Part shown: in pieces, positions 44,709 to 56,138 of the stretch
Layout: every line of letters starts with the position of its first letter
How positions within the stretch are numbered: the first letter of the stretch is position 1
Assembly: GCA_964252035.1 (NCBI GenBank)
Contig: OZ176210.1
Strand: one strand, 5' to 3'
DNA from: Podarcis erhardii
Taxonomy: Eukaryota
DNA length: 64,000 nucleotides
Notes under the pieces: generated by a model
Database searches by the model: none
Told to the model about the DNA's origin: nothing
Seen by the model: the letters and a program-made list of their open reading frames with translations, nothing else
Program-made: the position numbers and the translations under genes

Positions 44709-45516
44709 TATGTCCATTTCCCTGCTAGCTTGCTTGTCCTGAGGGACAGGACCTCACAGCATTTAAAACAAAACAAAACAAAACGTTTAGCATAAGCATC
44801 AATAGTGTTTGATGGAATTGTTATTTAGACGTGATAAATCATTGTGTGGTGTTTTATCCAACCTTCTTCGTTAAAAGTATTAGCTTCTGGGACAGTGCTG
44901 CAGTTTTGTAACAGAAGCATTTGGCATTTCCCTTCCTTATGGAACAAAAAGTTACCTGAATGCTGTGTCACCACTGCTTCCCTGGACCCTTTTGCCCCAG
45001 GCTCAAAGACATCCTCTCAGGGGGATGTGGGAGCCAGCCTACTCTCAGGATCCCTGGAGCTTTGTGGGTCATCGTTAAGGAGAGGGGACATGACTTCTTA
45101 AGTGAGTCAAGATTTTTTTAGGTGCCTGGAACTGCTGTGGATTTCGAGGCAGGTGTGACTATGCTATGCTAATTAAAAGGTTTACTTGTAATTAAGATTC
45201 TATGCCCACAATATGTTGCTGATGCTAAGAATAAAATGAAATATGAGTGTTTTATTGAAACTGCAACAGAAATTCATTTTTAAAACATAACCACCCCAAC
45301 CTTCCAGCACCTTCAGTGTACAAAGTTGAGCCTATGTTTTTCAGGCTAAATGGACCTTTCCTACTAGGGATTTTGGGGGGTGATACAGAAATTTTACATC
45401 TCTGCACTGCTTTGCTTCATTTTCCAAACTTGGTCAACAGCGTAATTTTTCCGTGTTAACTGTGTGACTCTCCTTTCCTCTCCTTTGTGTTCCCCCCACC
45501 CCTTTCTCCTTTGCAG

Positions 45517-45539
45517 AAGGAAGTAGAGGAGAACTTCAG
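45517..45539 (+). CDS. UNC13B: 23-nt microexon (E)GSRGELQ, phase 1 to 0
   Basis: Pyrimidine tract then ttgcag|AAGGAAGTAGAGGAGAACTTCAG|gttata; links the bMunc13-2 exon to 48079 in frame; matches recalled rat EGKREALQ. Confidence 0.85.
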
Positions 45540-45883
45540 GTTATATACTGTTCATTCTAACCAGTGTGTCTCCTACTTTTGACACTCCAGTGTGTTATTT
45601 TTGCATGCCCTGTTGAATTGTCACTTGGCTGTTTGGCTGACCCCTGAAGTACCCCCCCCCCAAGTCTCTTGGCAAGTTCAGCATGCGACAGTCTTGGGAG
45701 GAATTCCTGATCTTGTGTATGAACTGAGAGGAGTCTGTTCAGTGCAGGTAGCTTCTATAAAGGAAGAAAACATTCCTACTTAACACCTTGTTGATGTTGC
45801 AAACCCATGTCTGCTGTGTGCAGTTCCTTCCCAGTCCCAGCAGAGGATAAATGTACTGTGTGCCATGGGAAGGATACCTGGAG

Positions 45884-45914
<31 letters not shown>

Positions 45915-48078
45915 ATCTGTGGGTCACAGAGGCTAAACTTTTACCTCTTGGGCACCAGTACTTAAAATATAAATATTATTTTGTGTTTGTCACTTTGGCA
46001 GAAGACTTGCTACTAATTCTAAGGATTGGCAGAGCCACCATTCCTTTTGGTGCTTCTGGGCAAAATTGTTTTGTGTTTCTTGGAAGCACTGTGCAAACTC
46101 ATGGGCAGAAATGGTCTTTAGGGGTCTGCAGGCTACAAGCAACAAGGGCTTTATCCTTGTGCTACCTTGAACTCAAAAGACTCATTGTCCATTTCTAGCC
46201 ATTTTATTCAGAGGTCAGACACCAGAGGGATGAAGCCCAAGAGCAACGTTCTGTAAAAAGCAAAGCAGGTTTCTAATTCAGGTTTGTCTACATGTTCCTT
46301 AGCGAGATCATGCATTTGACTTTTTGGTTTAAGATTTGATGGCCTCCATGCACAGTTTCCAGGGTGAGAAGGGCGTGCATCCAGAGGCCTTTGCTTATGT
46401 TTGTCTAAATAGTGCTTCCCCAAGTGGGCTTGCTTCATTTGACTGCCGATTTGGACTCCAAATACATGTTCTGTCGCTTTAATCTGACTGCATCCTTGCA
46501 CAAAGCCAGCAGACTTACGCCCAGGCACCTCAGAGGAGACCTGCAGCTGGATCAGACCCAAGGTCTGTCTGGGCCACCATCCTGTCCTTGCAGATGCCTA
46601 CAGCTAGTTCAGAAGCACGACAGGAGTGAGCCAGCACTTGTGCTGCCCTTCTCGTGTGTCACAGGAGTGAGTCAAAGTGGCCACGTCATCTCTGCTAGCG
46701 CTGGCGCCGTGCCTTCACATGAGTGGATTTCTTGAATGCCACATGATTGATCTGTGACTTGCTCGGCGCAGGCAGCATTCCTGTTGATTCCTCCACCTTT
46801 GCCCTTGTAGGAATTCCTCTGAGAGGAAGTCCTGGGCAGCCGCGGATTCCCAGGGAGGCGTCTGGGTGGAAATTGCCCTCCTCTGAGACAAGGTGCTGCT
46901 TAGCCTGGCCGGAGAAAGTGTTACTGGGGAAATGAAGCTCCCCTTCTCTCCTTTGTCCATGAACTCCTGAACTCCTCATTCAAAGGGCAGTTTGATTGCC
47001 TTCCTTGGTGCAGTTAGCAGAAACTTGGTAATTGGCTACTGAGGAGGCCAAGAACAAGGTAGCAGTTGACCAAAAGGGGCTCCTCCTTTCACCTTTCACT
47101 GTTTGTTTGCCTGCCTCTGTTCCACTGCTTGGCTGCTCTGGTTCCAACAGTGCTGTGGACCTTAGAATAAGTGGCTTCCTATTGAAGTAGCCTGCCTCCT
47201 CTCGGTGCTCATTCTGGGGCTCATCCTGGTGGCAGCTTCCTGCACAGACTGTGGGGCTGCTCGTGTCGAGAGCCTTGGAAGCCAGCCATGGAGGTGGCAG
47301 AGCCCTCTCTCTTGTGCTCTCTTCAAGCTGGGGAAGTGGATGCTGCTGCCTGGATGAGCCTTTTGTTCCCTTGTGCTCTCTAGGCAAGGATGGCTGCTTT
47401 TCAGGAATTTGTCTAGCATGTATTTGTTCTTCCAGGAAACAGGCTGCTACTAAATGGTTGCTGCTGCTGCTGCAGCTCCTTGGTGGTGCAGGTGCCAGGA
47501 ACAGCTGGCAGGCTCCTCTGGCACCTCACAGAAGTCCCCCCCCCCGGCTGTTTCCTGGCTTAGGGATTGAAAAGCAGTGTGAGACCAGGCACTTTTTTCT
47601 GGTTTCAGAGGGGCCGAAGGGAAGGTAGATGTGTGACTCAATTCCGGTGTCCATAGCCTTACGTCTGTTTGTTCTGTCTGTTTGTGTGCTCTCAATAAAT
47701 AAGTATTTTGGAAATGTTCTCGGCAACATTAGGACTTCACAGATTCAAATCAAACTCGTAGGATCTGCTCTTGCCAAACTCTTGGGTGTGTTTTTTAAAA
47801 GAAATGTTTGTGGGTTGATTCCCCCTCAAAAGCACATTGCACTGAACAGGCTCTTTTGGCCCCTGTCCTGTGTGCCGCCGTGTCCACACCACTGGGCAGC
47901 ACAGCCTCTGCCATCCTCTGAGGTGCTAATGAACATGAAGCGCTTTGTGTGCATTTTCGTGCATGAAACGTCCTCCCTGATTTTGAACTCTGCAGCTGGC
48001 TTGAACTTCGCTCAGCACAATTAATTCTTCTCTCTCCCTCTCTCCTTCTCTCTCTCTTAAAAAAACCAAACATTTAAG

Positions 48079-48125
48079 GGTCCGGATGATGGCGATCCGT
48101 CCAAGTCACCGTGGTTCAAAGGAGG
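48079..48125 (+). CDS. UNC13B: UNC13B common exon GPDDGDPSKSPWFKG(G), phase 0 to 2
   Basis: catttaag acceptor, donor GGAGG|gtaagt; matches IPDDGDPSLPQWLPEG. Confidence 0.9.
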
Positions 48126-49850
48126 GTAAGTGGCCTTTGACAACTTCTGTTTTTATATTGTAAATTGCCCTGTGATCCTCAGATGAAGGGCAGTATAGTC
48201 ATTTAATAAGTAATAATGGCACACAAGCCTCTCAGAGTCTCCATGTTAGTGCATGAGCTTCAATTACTCAGGGAGGGAGGCAGACGCTAAGTTAGATCAT
48301 TTCAGGGGGTCTGCTCTGAGCAAAACTTAGCCCCACCTCAAACTCTTAACTCCACTGCACCCTCCCCACCTCTCTTGCTGCTTCTCCCCCTGTCTGGTCC
48401 TGCTCCCAGAGCTCCCTGCCTCCAAGCCCCTCTCCCAGCCTCACGCCCCCCCCCCCACTTGCAGCCCCTCACAGCTTCAAACCCAGCCCAAGCCCACCTA
48501 TGTAGCTGAGTCCCCTGAGCACTGCGGCAGCCCTGCAGGTTTCTCCCTGAGGCACGCAGCTGAACCCCCCACCCAAAAAAATCCTTGAGGTTCCCAGCGG
48601 TAGTAGTGGGAGCCTGGCCCCCTTTGCTTTTCTCAGGCTGCATAGAGGCCGTTCCTTTCAGAAGTACCCCAAGAGAGACCAGTGCACTGCATGAGAAAGT
48701 CCTTTCTCATCTGCCCCCCCTCCTTGTGCCTCTTCCTTGAGTCCCTGGGTTTCCTCCCAGCGCAAGAGAGGGTTTCGCCCACCATAGACTGCTCATATGG
48801 ATTACCGCTTCCGTGAAGGAAATGTGGCAAAATAAGGTTCCTGTGCACACAACCGCTTGTTGAGGTTGTGGCTGCATTGGGAAATGTGGGCAGGTGTGAA
48901 TTGGCAGACCCCGTTTCTGCTTCTCTTGGAGTTGGAGGGCAGGCCAGGGCAGGCCAGGGACGGTGGTGAGCCCTACTTGTGCCTCTTCCAGCTGCAGCCC
49001 CCTCAGCTTCTCTCTTAAGGGCCTGGGCTTGGAGCTTCTTGCCTGCCCTGCAAAGGACCTTCTGAGGGCAGCTGGTGAAGTTGGTGTGATCTCCCTCCTC
49101 CTCCTCCTCCTCCTGGGTGTCTCTGCACCTGCTCTTGCCACCTTCCCCCATTAGGAACTGAAGGCTTGCCAGGAGAAAGACGGGAAGGCACCATTTTACA
49201 TGCTGTTTGATTTTAAATGTGTTCGTGTGTTTGATGAGAGCCATATGGCTTTGATCTGTAATATTTGAATTCTGCTCCCTCCGAGGGCTGGTGTGCTGTT
49301 GCAGCCGGCGGGACTGAGCAGGGGGGCACTGGAAGCTCCACCCCGAAACGTCTGCCTGAGACTGACTTGCCTCTCTCCCTGCATATAAATCAGGTTTCCA
49401 AACAATGAATTAGGCAAAACTAATCAAACATGAAATTAAACGAGGGGAGGCTTTAATTTCAATGAGCCTCTTTCCCGAGCTGGCTTCTCTCTTTCGTCTC
49501 CTCCTGCCACACCCGCAGATGTGCTGAGCTGCTTAGCAACTCCCCCAGTGCTGGGAGGTTCGTGGGCCATCACCCCAGAGGCGGCAAGGGAACTGTTTTT
49601 GTTTCTTCGAGTGTGCGAAGCGCCTCCTCACATGAGCTGCTTGTGAAATGCACACACTCAGCTGCCTTGAAAGAGGGGCAGATGTACCCCAGCATGCTTC
49701 ACTCCAGCCATGCCAGCTGTAACTAGGGGAAAACTCAAAAGCCCCCCACCCTCCCCTTGCTGAACGGAAGCATCAGCCAGCCCTGGGCAGTGGCTGGGCA
49801 GTTATCCTGGCCAAAAGTGTGCCTTGCAGGGGGCAGCGTCATTGAGGTCA

Positions 49851-50036
49851 TGGAACGCCCTCCCACCAGATGTCAAAGAGAACAACGACTAACAGACTTT
49901 TAGAAGACATCTGAAGGCAGCCCTGTTTAGGGAAGCTTTTAATGTCTGATGTATTACGGTATTTTAATATTTTGTTGGAAGCCGCCCAGGGTGGCTGGGG
50001 AAGCCCAGCTAGTTGTGCAGGGTATAAAAAATAAAT
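49851..50036 (+). mobile_element. L2-type LINE 3' end
   Basis: ggaacgccctcccaccagatgtcaaag...agacatctgaaggcagccctgtttagggaagc..., near-identical to 26035-26230. Confidence 0.75.
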
Positions 50037-50038
50037 TA

Positions 50039-50842
50039 CAGTGGTGCCTCGCAAGACGAAATTAATTCGTTCCACAAGTTTTTTCGTCTTGCGAGTTTTT
50101 GGTCTTGCGAAGCACGGTTTCCCATAGGAATGCATTGAAAATCAATCAATGCGTTCCTATGGAAACCGCCTTCAGACTAGGTCCGGGGACAGTCTGTCCC
50201 CCGACCTCTTCTGAAGGCTGGGGGGGGGGGACAAGGGCTTTTCTTCCCACCCCCAGCATTTTAAAAAACCCCGAGACAGCAGAGGACTTCTCCGCTGTCC
50301 CGGGGTTTTTTAAAATGCTGGCGGGCGGCAGCACTGCCGCCCACCAGCATTTTAAGATCGCCCCGGACAGCGGACTTCTCCGCTGTCCCGGGTCGATTTT
50401 AAAGCCCCCGGGAAGGCAGGCGGGGGGGAGCAAAGACTTTTGCCCCCCGCTGGCCTTCAGAAGAGGTCCAGGACCTCTTCTGAAGGCCGGCGGGGGGCGA
50501 AAGTCTTTGCTCCCCCCCGCCTGCCTTCAAAAGCCGTCCGGGATAGCGGGAAGCGCTTCCCTGCTATCCCGGACCGCTTTTAAAATGCTGGCAGTGGGGA
50601 GCAAAGCCTTTCGGCCCCCGCCAGCCTTCCTGGACCTCTTCTGAAGGCAGGAGGGGGGGGAAAGGCTTTGCTCCCCACCGCCAGCATTTAAAAGAGGTCC
50701 CCGGAGATTTCCCTATGGGCTTTCTTCTTGCGAAGCAAGCCCATAGGGAAATTCGTCTTGCGAAGCGCCTCAAAAAACCGAAAACCCTTTCGTCTAGCGG
50801 GTTTTCCGTCTTGCGAAGCATTCGTCTTGCGGGGCACCACTG
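50039..50842. mobile_element. Non-autonomous Tc1/mariner element (804 bp) with internally repetitive GC-rich core
   Basis: TIRs CAGTGGTGCCTCGCAAGACGAA / TTCGTCTTGCGGGGCACCACTG; TA TSD at 50037-50038 and 50843-50844. Confidence 0.9.
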
Positions 50843-52899
50843 TATCATTATTATATTATTATGGTGCCTTGGAGAAGAGGCTGCAGGGAGGGTGTCAGAC
50901 AGAGAGTTGAAGCTGAGGCTCCATGCTTGCCTGAGCCGCCGCCACCACCTCCTGTCCTTGGCAAGAGACCAACCCTTTTTTCCTGGGGCCACTTGCACTA
51001 ACTTGCTAGTGCGAGCTGGCTCCCTAAGGCACCTTCTCTGGCTTTCTGCTTAACCTGTTGCCATCATAGATAACAGAAATGGAGCCTTTGGGGTGTGGAC
51101 ACACGATCCCAAAGGCCGCTAGCCTGGGCACTGCTCTCCTCCATTGTCCCTCTGCAGAACCCCCTAAGGCTGGGCCCCATAAGCTTTCCCATGGCCTCCT
51201 TCTCTAACCCCCGCTTCCCCCCTTCTGTAAAAACTCTTGAGCAAATGGAAGTGGAAGCAAAGAGCAGGAGGGCAGGAGCGAGGCAGGGCAGCTGGAGAGG
51301 GAAAGAAAGGAGCCGGGGTCAGGAGACTGGAGGACGTCCAGCTTGAGGGGAGAAGAGGAAGGAAACCTATGGGGCGTCTGGATCCAGGGGAAATGTGCTG
51401 AGTGGGGGGCAGTATTGTGCCCTGAATCCTGTCTCCCTTCTGGGTGAAGGCTTCCTGGCTTGGGTCTGAGGTTCCTTTTTCCTTGCTGCCTTTGCAGAGA
51501 TAATTAGCCGTGTGCTTGTTGCGCACAAGCCAATTATCCCCATCCGCTCGTCTCTAACTTTGCCGCTCACGTTTTTCCAAGCGTCTGTGTGCATCAGCGT
51601 GACAAGGTATTATCAAAGCTGACAAGCGTTCTCCTGAGGGCAATAGACTTCCAGCACAGTGCAGATAACACACTCCCCGGAGTTATTCAATGTGAAATAT
51701 ATGTAACTTAGTACAGCAATATTTAAAGTTTCGCTGACAGCTTCACTCCGTGTTATTGTTCACCTGCAGCGCAACAGGGAGGCGGCAGAGATGGATTCCA
51801 GAGCAGTGAAATGGTTGCATTTTTCCCTTGCCTGCCAGAATTTCTGCCTGCCTCACTGCCAAAGGGTGGTGTGTGACGGAACTGGGCCTTTTTAACGTGC
51901 TCCTAAGTGATCTGCATGGGGTGGTGATGCCGTGTATGGCTCAGGGAGGAAAGAAGGAAACGGGGCTGTGAGGAGTCCGAAAAGAATATGTCCAAACTAG
52001 GCAAATGCCATTAAAGTAGTGCATGTGCTTCTATATACTGATTGGGCCACAAAATGCGAGCTCTGCCTATTCCCTGATGAGTTCCAAATCAGTTTGCCAC
52101 CGAGGGAAAGGAGGCAGGCATTGGGCCTGGTAGGGCAGCCAGAATCTTCTGCTCTCCTGCTCCTGCCCCAATGGGCAGAGGTGATGGAAACTGTAGCCCA
52201 ACAGCATTTGGAGGGCCACAGGTTAGAATCAGATCATTTTGAAGCCCAAACCTGTCTAAGGCTCTCATCCCAAATCCACAGATAATCTTCTCCCCCATCC
52301 GAGAGAGAGTTCTGGAATGGGAAGGGCTTCCTCCTCCTCCTCCTCCTCGCTGGCTCTCCTGATGAGCAGGTGCTTTTCTCTTTTAAAATGTAGATTATAG
52401 GCGTCTGAAGAGCTTTCCTGTTGTGTCTCTTTGGAGTTCAAAGAGTGTTCTGCCATGATGGCCTGATGAATTCTGACACCTTCCCCATTGCTGCTTGCCA
52501 TGCCTCTTTGGAGGAAAGAAGAGAACAAAACCTGATTTAATTTGTACATGGGATGGATTTGAGCAAGGCGCCCTTGATTTCAGAACTGTCAGGGGCGCCT
52601 GTGCTGTGTAACCTGAACTGACGGGAATAATTCACAGACTTAAAGCCACACAAAAGCCGCTCGGCATTCAGTCACGTCAAGGTTATTCCTTGTAGCGTGG
52701 AGCATTTCTTGCCTTGTTGAACTGATGTGTTTTTAGGTGTTGGTTTCTCCAGGCCAAGGCGAGATCCTGCATTGCCCGCGTGATTCTTAAGTCTGCAGGA
52801 GGCCTCACGTGGGTCCCTCAAGAGCATCTGGCTGACAGATGATAACTTGTGGCTTGCCATCACTGCTTGCCCTCATGCATTTTCCCCTTTGCTTTCTAG

Positions 52900-52978
52900 G
52901 CCAGCTGGGGGTCTCTATGGCATCGACAGCATGCCTGACCTGCGCAAGAAGAAGCCCACCCCACTTGTCAGTGACCTG
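52900..52978 (+). CDS. UNC13B: UNC13B exon [26 protein letters not shown], phase 2 to 0
   Basis: Acceptor gctttctag, donor CTG|gtgaga; conserved Munc13 motif. Confidence 0.96.
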
Positions 52979-53102
52979 GTGAGACTTCCTGCCCCCCATC
53001 TCCCCTACATGAATATAATGGAAGTGGTATTTACTGCTTATCATTCAAGTGCAGAAATGTTATAGGAACAAGACTTATGATGAGTTAGACCTAGGTAATG
53101 TA

Positions 53103-53460
53103 AGGGACGCGGGTGGCGCTCTGGGTAAAACCTCAGCGCCTAGGACTTGCCGATCGTCAGGTCGGCGGTTCGAATCCCCACGGCGGGGTGCGCTCCCGCT
53201 GCTCGGTCCCAGCGCCTGCCAACCTAGCAGTTCGAAAGCACCCCCGGGTGCAAGTAGATAAATAGGGACCGCTTACTAGTGGGAAGGTAAACAACGTTTC
53301 CGTGTGCTGCGCTGGCTCACCAGATGCAGCTTGTCACGCTGGCCACGTGACCCGGAAGTGTCTTCGGACAGCGCTGGCCCCCGGCCTCTTAAGCGAGACG
53401 GGCGCGCAACCCCAGAGTCGGACACGACTGGCCCGTATGGGCAGGGGTACCTTTACCTTT
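53103..53460 (+). mobile_element. Sauria SINE
   Basis: Same head, B box and ACCTTT tail; only a weak TSD (taatgt/taacgt). Confidence 0.9.
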
Positions 53461-55069
53461 TAACGTGGATTCCTGGCAAACTCTCATTTGAAAAGCTGCA
53501 GCTTCTTGATGGAGCAAGTTTTCTCTGGAGGCCTCTGCATGGCAGCCTCCTGCCCTCAGTCCAACTAAACTAAAAGCGAGAAAGGCAGGGAAGAGACAAA
53601 TCTTTTCCCAAGTATTTCCTCTGTTTTGTAGACGCTGAAACAAATGTGTTAGTCGCGTTTGCCTCTCTCTGCTGTGTGGATGTATTTTGCAGACTGTCCC
53701 CTTTTCAAGTCTTGCTTGTTTCGCTTTATATGCTGCTTCCGCCGTTCAGCATTTCTTTAGCCCTCCCAGGGTCTTGTGTGCCACATGCAACTTGGAAATG
53801 ACATGGTCTCTTGCCCAGATGAGGGCTCTGTCTCTTACACACAATCCAACACTGATTTCTTGAAGAGAGGCCTCACTCATGACCAAAGGGCCGGCTTTCA
53901 TGCCTTGCATTTGGCAGAGGAAGGCGGTGGAGAGATTATCAGACTCAGTAAATCAAGGCGATGCAAATCTTTGTTCAAAACACACCAGAAAACATCAAAG
54001 CGGGAGTCATGGGCAGTGGGTGAAGGCAGGGGCGGTGCTCTAAGGGGGGGGGGAATACAAATCTGGAAAGAGAATTGGCTACATGCAGCAGGTTTAAAAC
54101 TAGGCATCAGGAAGAGCCTTGTTCTGAACAAAGGCTCCTTTGGGTGTTTGCCTCATGTATTGGGAACTGGTGAAAAGGGGATGGCAAACGAGTTGTGGAG
54201 ATTCCTTTATATAGAGGAATCGTGCCATTTGGATGGCTACAGTGGCATAGTGTGGTGGCAGGGTCACAGGGGCAGCTGGCCTGGGTGCAAAAGTCTTTAA
54301 GGTACAAAATTTCAAAAGGAAGAAAAGAGAAAATAGCAATAATAAATCAATAGTAGTCCCTCCCCCTCACACAGAAAATTTCCCAAAGTTCACGGGGTGG
54401 ACTGAGGAGTGGATTTGGGTGACAGCTGGTTGCTAGGGTGCCCCCTGAAGGGCTTTAGAAAGATACCCATTCCCGACCAATCCCCTGTCCTGTTCTCCGC
54501 CATGCTTGACGCTCATGGGGCAGCGTTGCTGCCACTCAGGTAAGTCACTGACCTATTGCCCCTTTGTTCCAGCCTATCAGTGGGCGGTGCCAAGGACACT
54601 TGCCTTGCCCTGGGTTTTGGCAACTCACGCTATGCCACTGGTTGGTGATAAGGCTTCCATAGTTTTTCAGAGCTGCACAATTAAAAGCAAGAAAGGTTTC
54701 GATTAACGTTACTGAGACTTAACAACAGATTTCAGGAACACACTAGATGAGCACAAGAGTCCTTCCACATCCTTATCAGTAGCGTTGACCAAGGCCAATG
54801 TCACCAGTTCCTCTAGACACTGAGATGGGAGTAGTACTTCCTAAACATTTCTGCAGAAGGAAAGGAAAGCCGTGAACTTAGTTTCTGCACTGGCAGCGAG
54901 ATCAGTCTTGCTTAATCCACACAGCGTAGAATAATAGCTAACTGGAGAATTGCATCCGTTTCCTTGCAAAGAGGGAGCCTGGGCAATGTCTTTGTAGCTT
55001 TAGCGATGGGGGGACTAATGGAATTAACCTGTTATGCTTCTCTTATATGCTGACATTCTCTTCCTACAG

Positions 55070-55075
55070 GCCATG
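55070..55075 (+). CDS. UNC13B: 6-nt neural microexon GCCATG (Ala-Met)
   Basis: ttcctacag|GCCATG|gtaagt gives VSDL-AM-SLVQSRK; upstream TGC (55035, 55048) and ctgac/actaat branch-like motifs. Confidence 0.93.
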
Positions 55076-56063
55076 GTAAGTGGAGATCCAACCATACACT
55101 CCTTCCTGCAACCACCTATTTAGTTGCATTTCCCTTTCTGGTGGCTGTTCCCTCCCCCTTTTTTGTTTATTTCTGCAGCTTGCTCAATGGGGATACCCTG
55201 CCACACTCCCCTTCCTTGCCCATCACTGCCTTAAGGATCCCACACAGTCTTGCTGTGAAACGGCCCTAGTTCTGGGGGCTTGGGCCACCTTCAGAGTGAG
55301 CCTGAGTGTGGCTGGAGGGGCTCCGTGGATGAGGCCCTGATCCGCCTCCTGGCCCCCCTGTGCACTTGGCAGTGGGAGCAGCCAGTGGGCAAGCTCATTT
55401 CAGTCAATGCTGAATCTGGCATGCGGACGGATCCAGGCATGCATGCCCACTTCTCCCTTTCTCAATCCTCCATGCGTGGTGCCTGCCCCTTCTGGTCCCG
55501 GTGGTCTCTCTTGCACGGAGGAGAATTGCTGGTTTCCCCCACCCGCAGCCTGGGGAAAGGTCCGAACTGTCTCCTGCAGTGGAAGAGGCCAGCTTCCTTG
55601 AAAGCTGCCCTCAAAACATTGGGCAAAAATCTATCTGTTGGGGATCCTTTGGGTACATCTTGCCTTTTTTCCCAAGCAAGAGGCTGGATTCAGTAGGTCT
55701 GTTGGATCCATTTATGTGATCCCCCTTGGACCTTCCTTCTGTGCCCTGCCTGTGACACGAGGAAAAGCTTTGATGAGTGGCTAATTGGGGGGCCAAGTGG
55801 GTGACCTCCTTCTGGGCCCTTCTTCCTCTCAGGGGCAGAGGAGCTGTGGTGGGAATGGCAGAGCAGGCAAGGCTGCTGGAGCACGTAAGCCCCTTCTCAC
55901 CTGTTGTGCTCCTATTAGTTTGGCTTCCTGCCCTCCCTTCAAGGAGCTCAGGGCGTCTGACCTGGGGGTCAGCAACATGCGCAGAGACCACCCTGAGCTG
56001 TGAACGATGCTCTTGAAAGAAGCACAAGGGTGCAGAGTAACTGAGGCTGCTTTTCTTTCCCAG

Positions 56064-56138
56064 TCGCTGGTCCAGTCCCGGAAGGCCGGAATTACCTCAG
56101 CCATGGCCACCCGAACTTCTCTCAAGGACGAGGAGCTG
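56064..56138 (+). CDS. UNC13B: UNC13B exon [25 protein letters not shown]
   Basis: Acceptor ttttctttcccag, donor CTG|gtaagg; identical to recalled mammalian sequence. Confidence 0.97.

Noticed and set aside
36548-50036. Inverted L2 tails flanking the bMunc13-2 exon as a circRNA/skipping driver
   Set aside because: Only ~90 nt of imperfect complementarity across 13 kb; no supporting evidence in the sequence.
50099-51053. ORFs of 95-181 aa over the mariner element, and similar ORFs over Sauria SINEs and the minisatellite
   Set aside because: GC-rich repeats without transposase (DDD/E) or other protein motifs.
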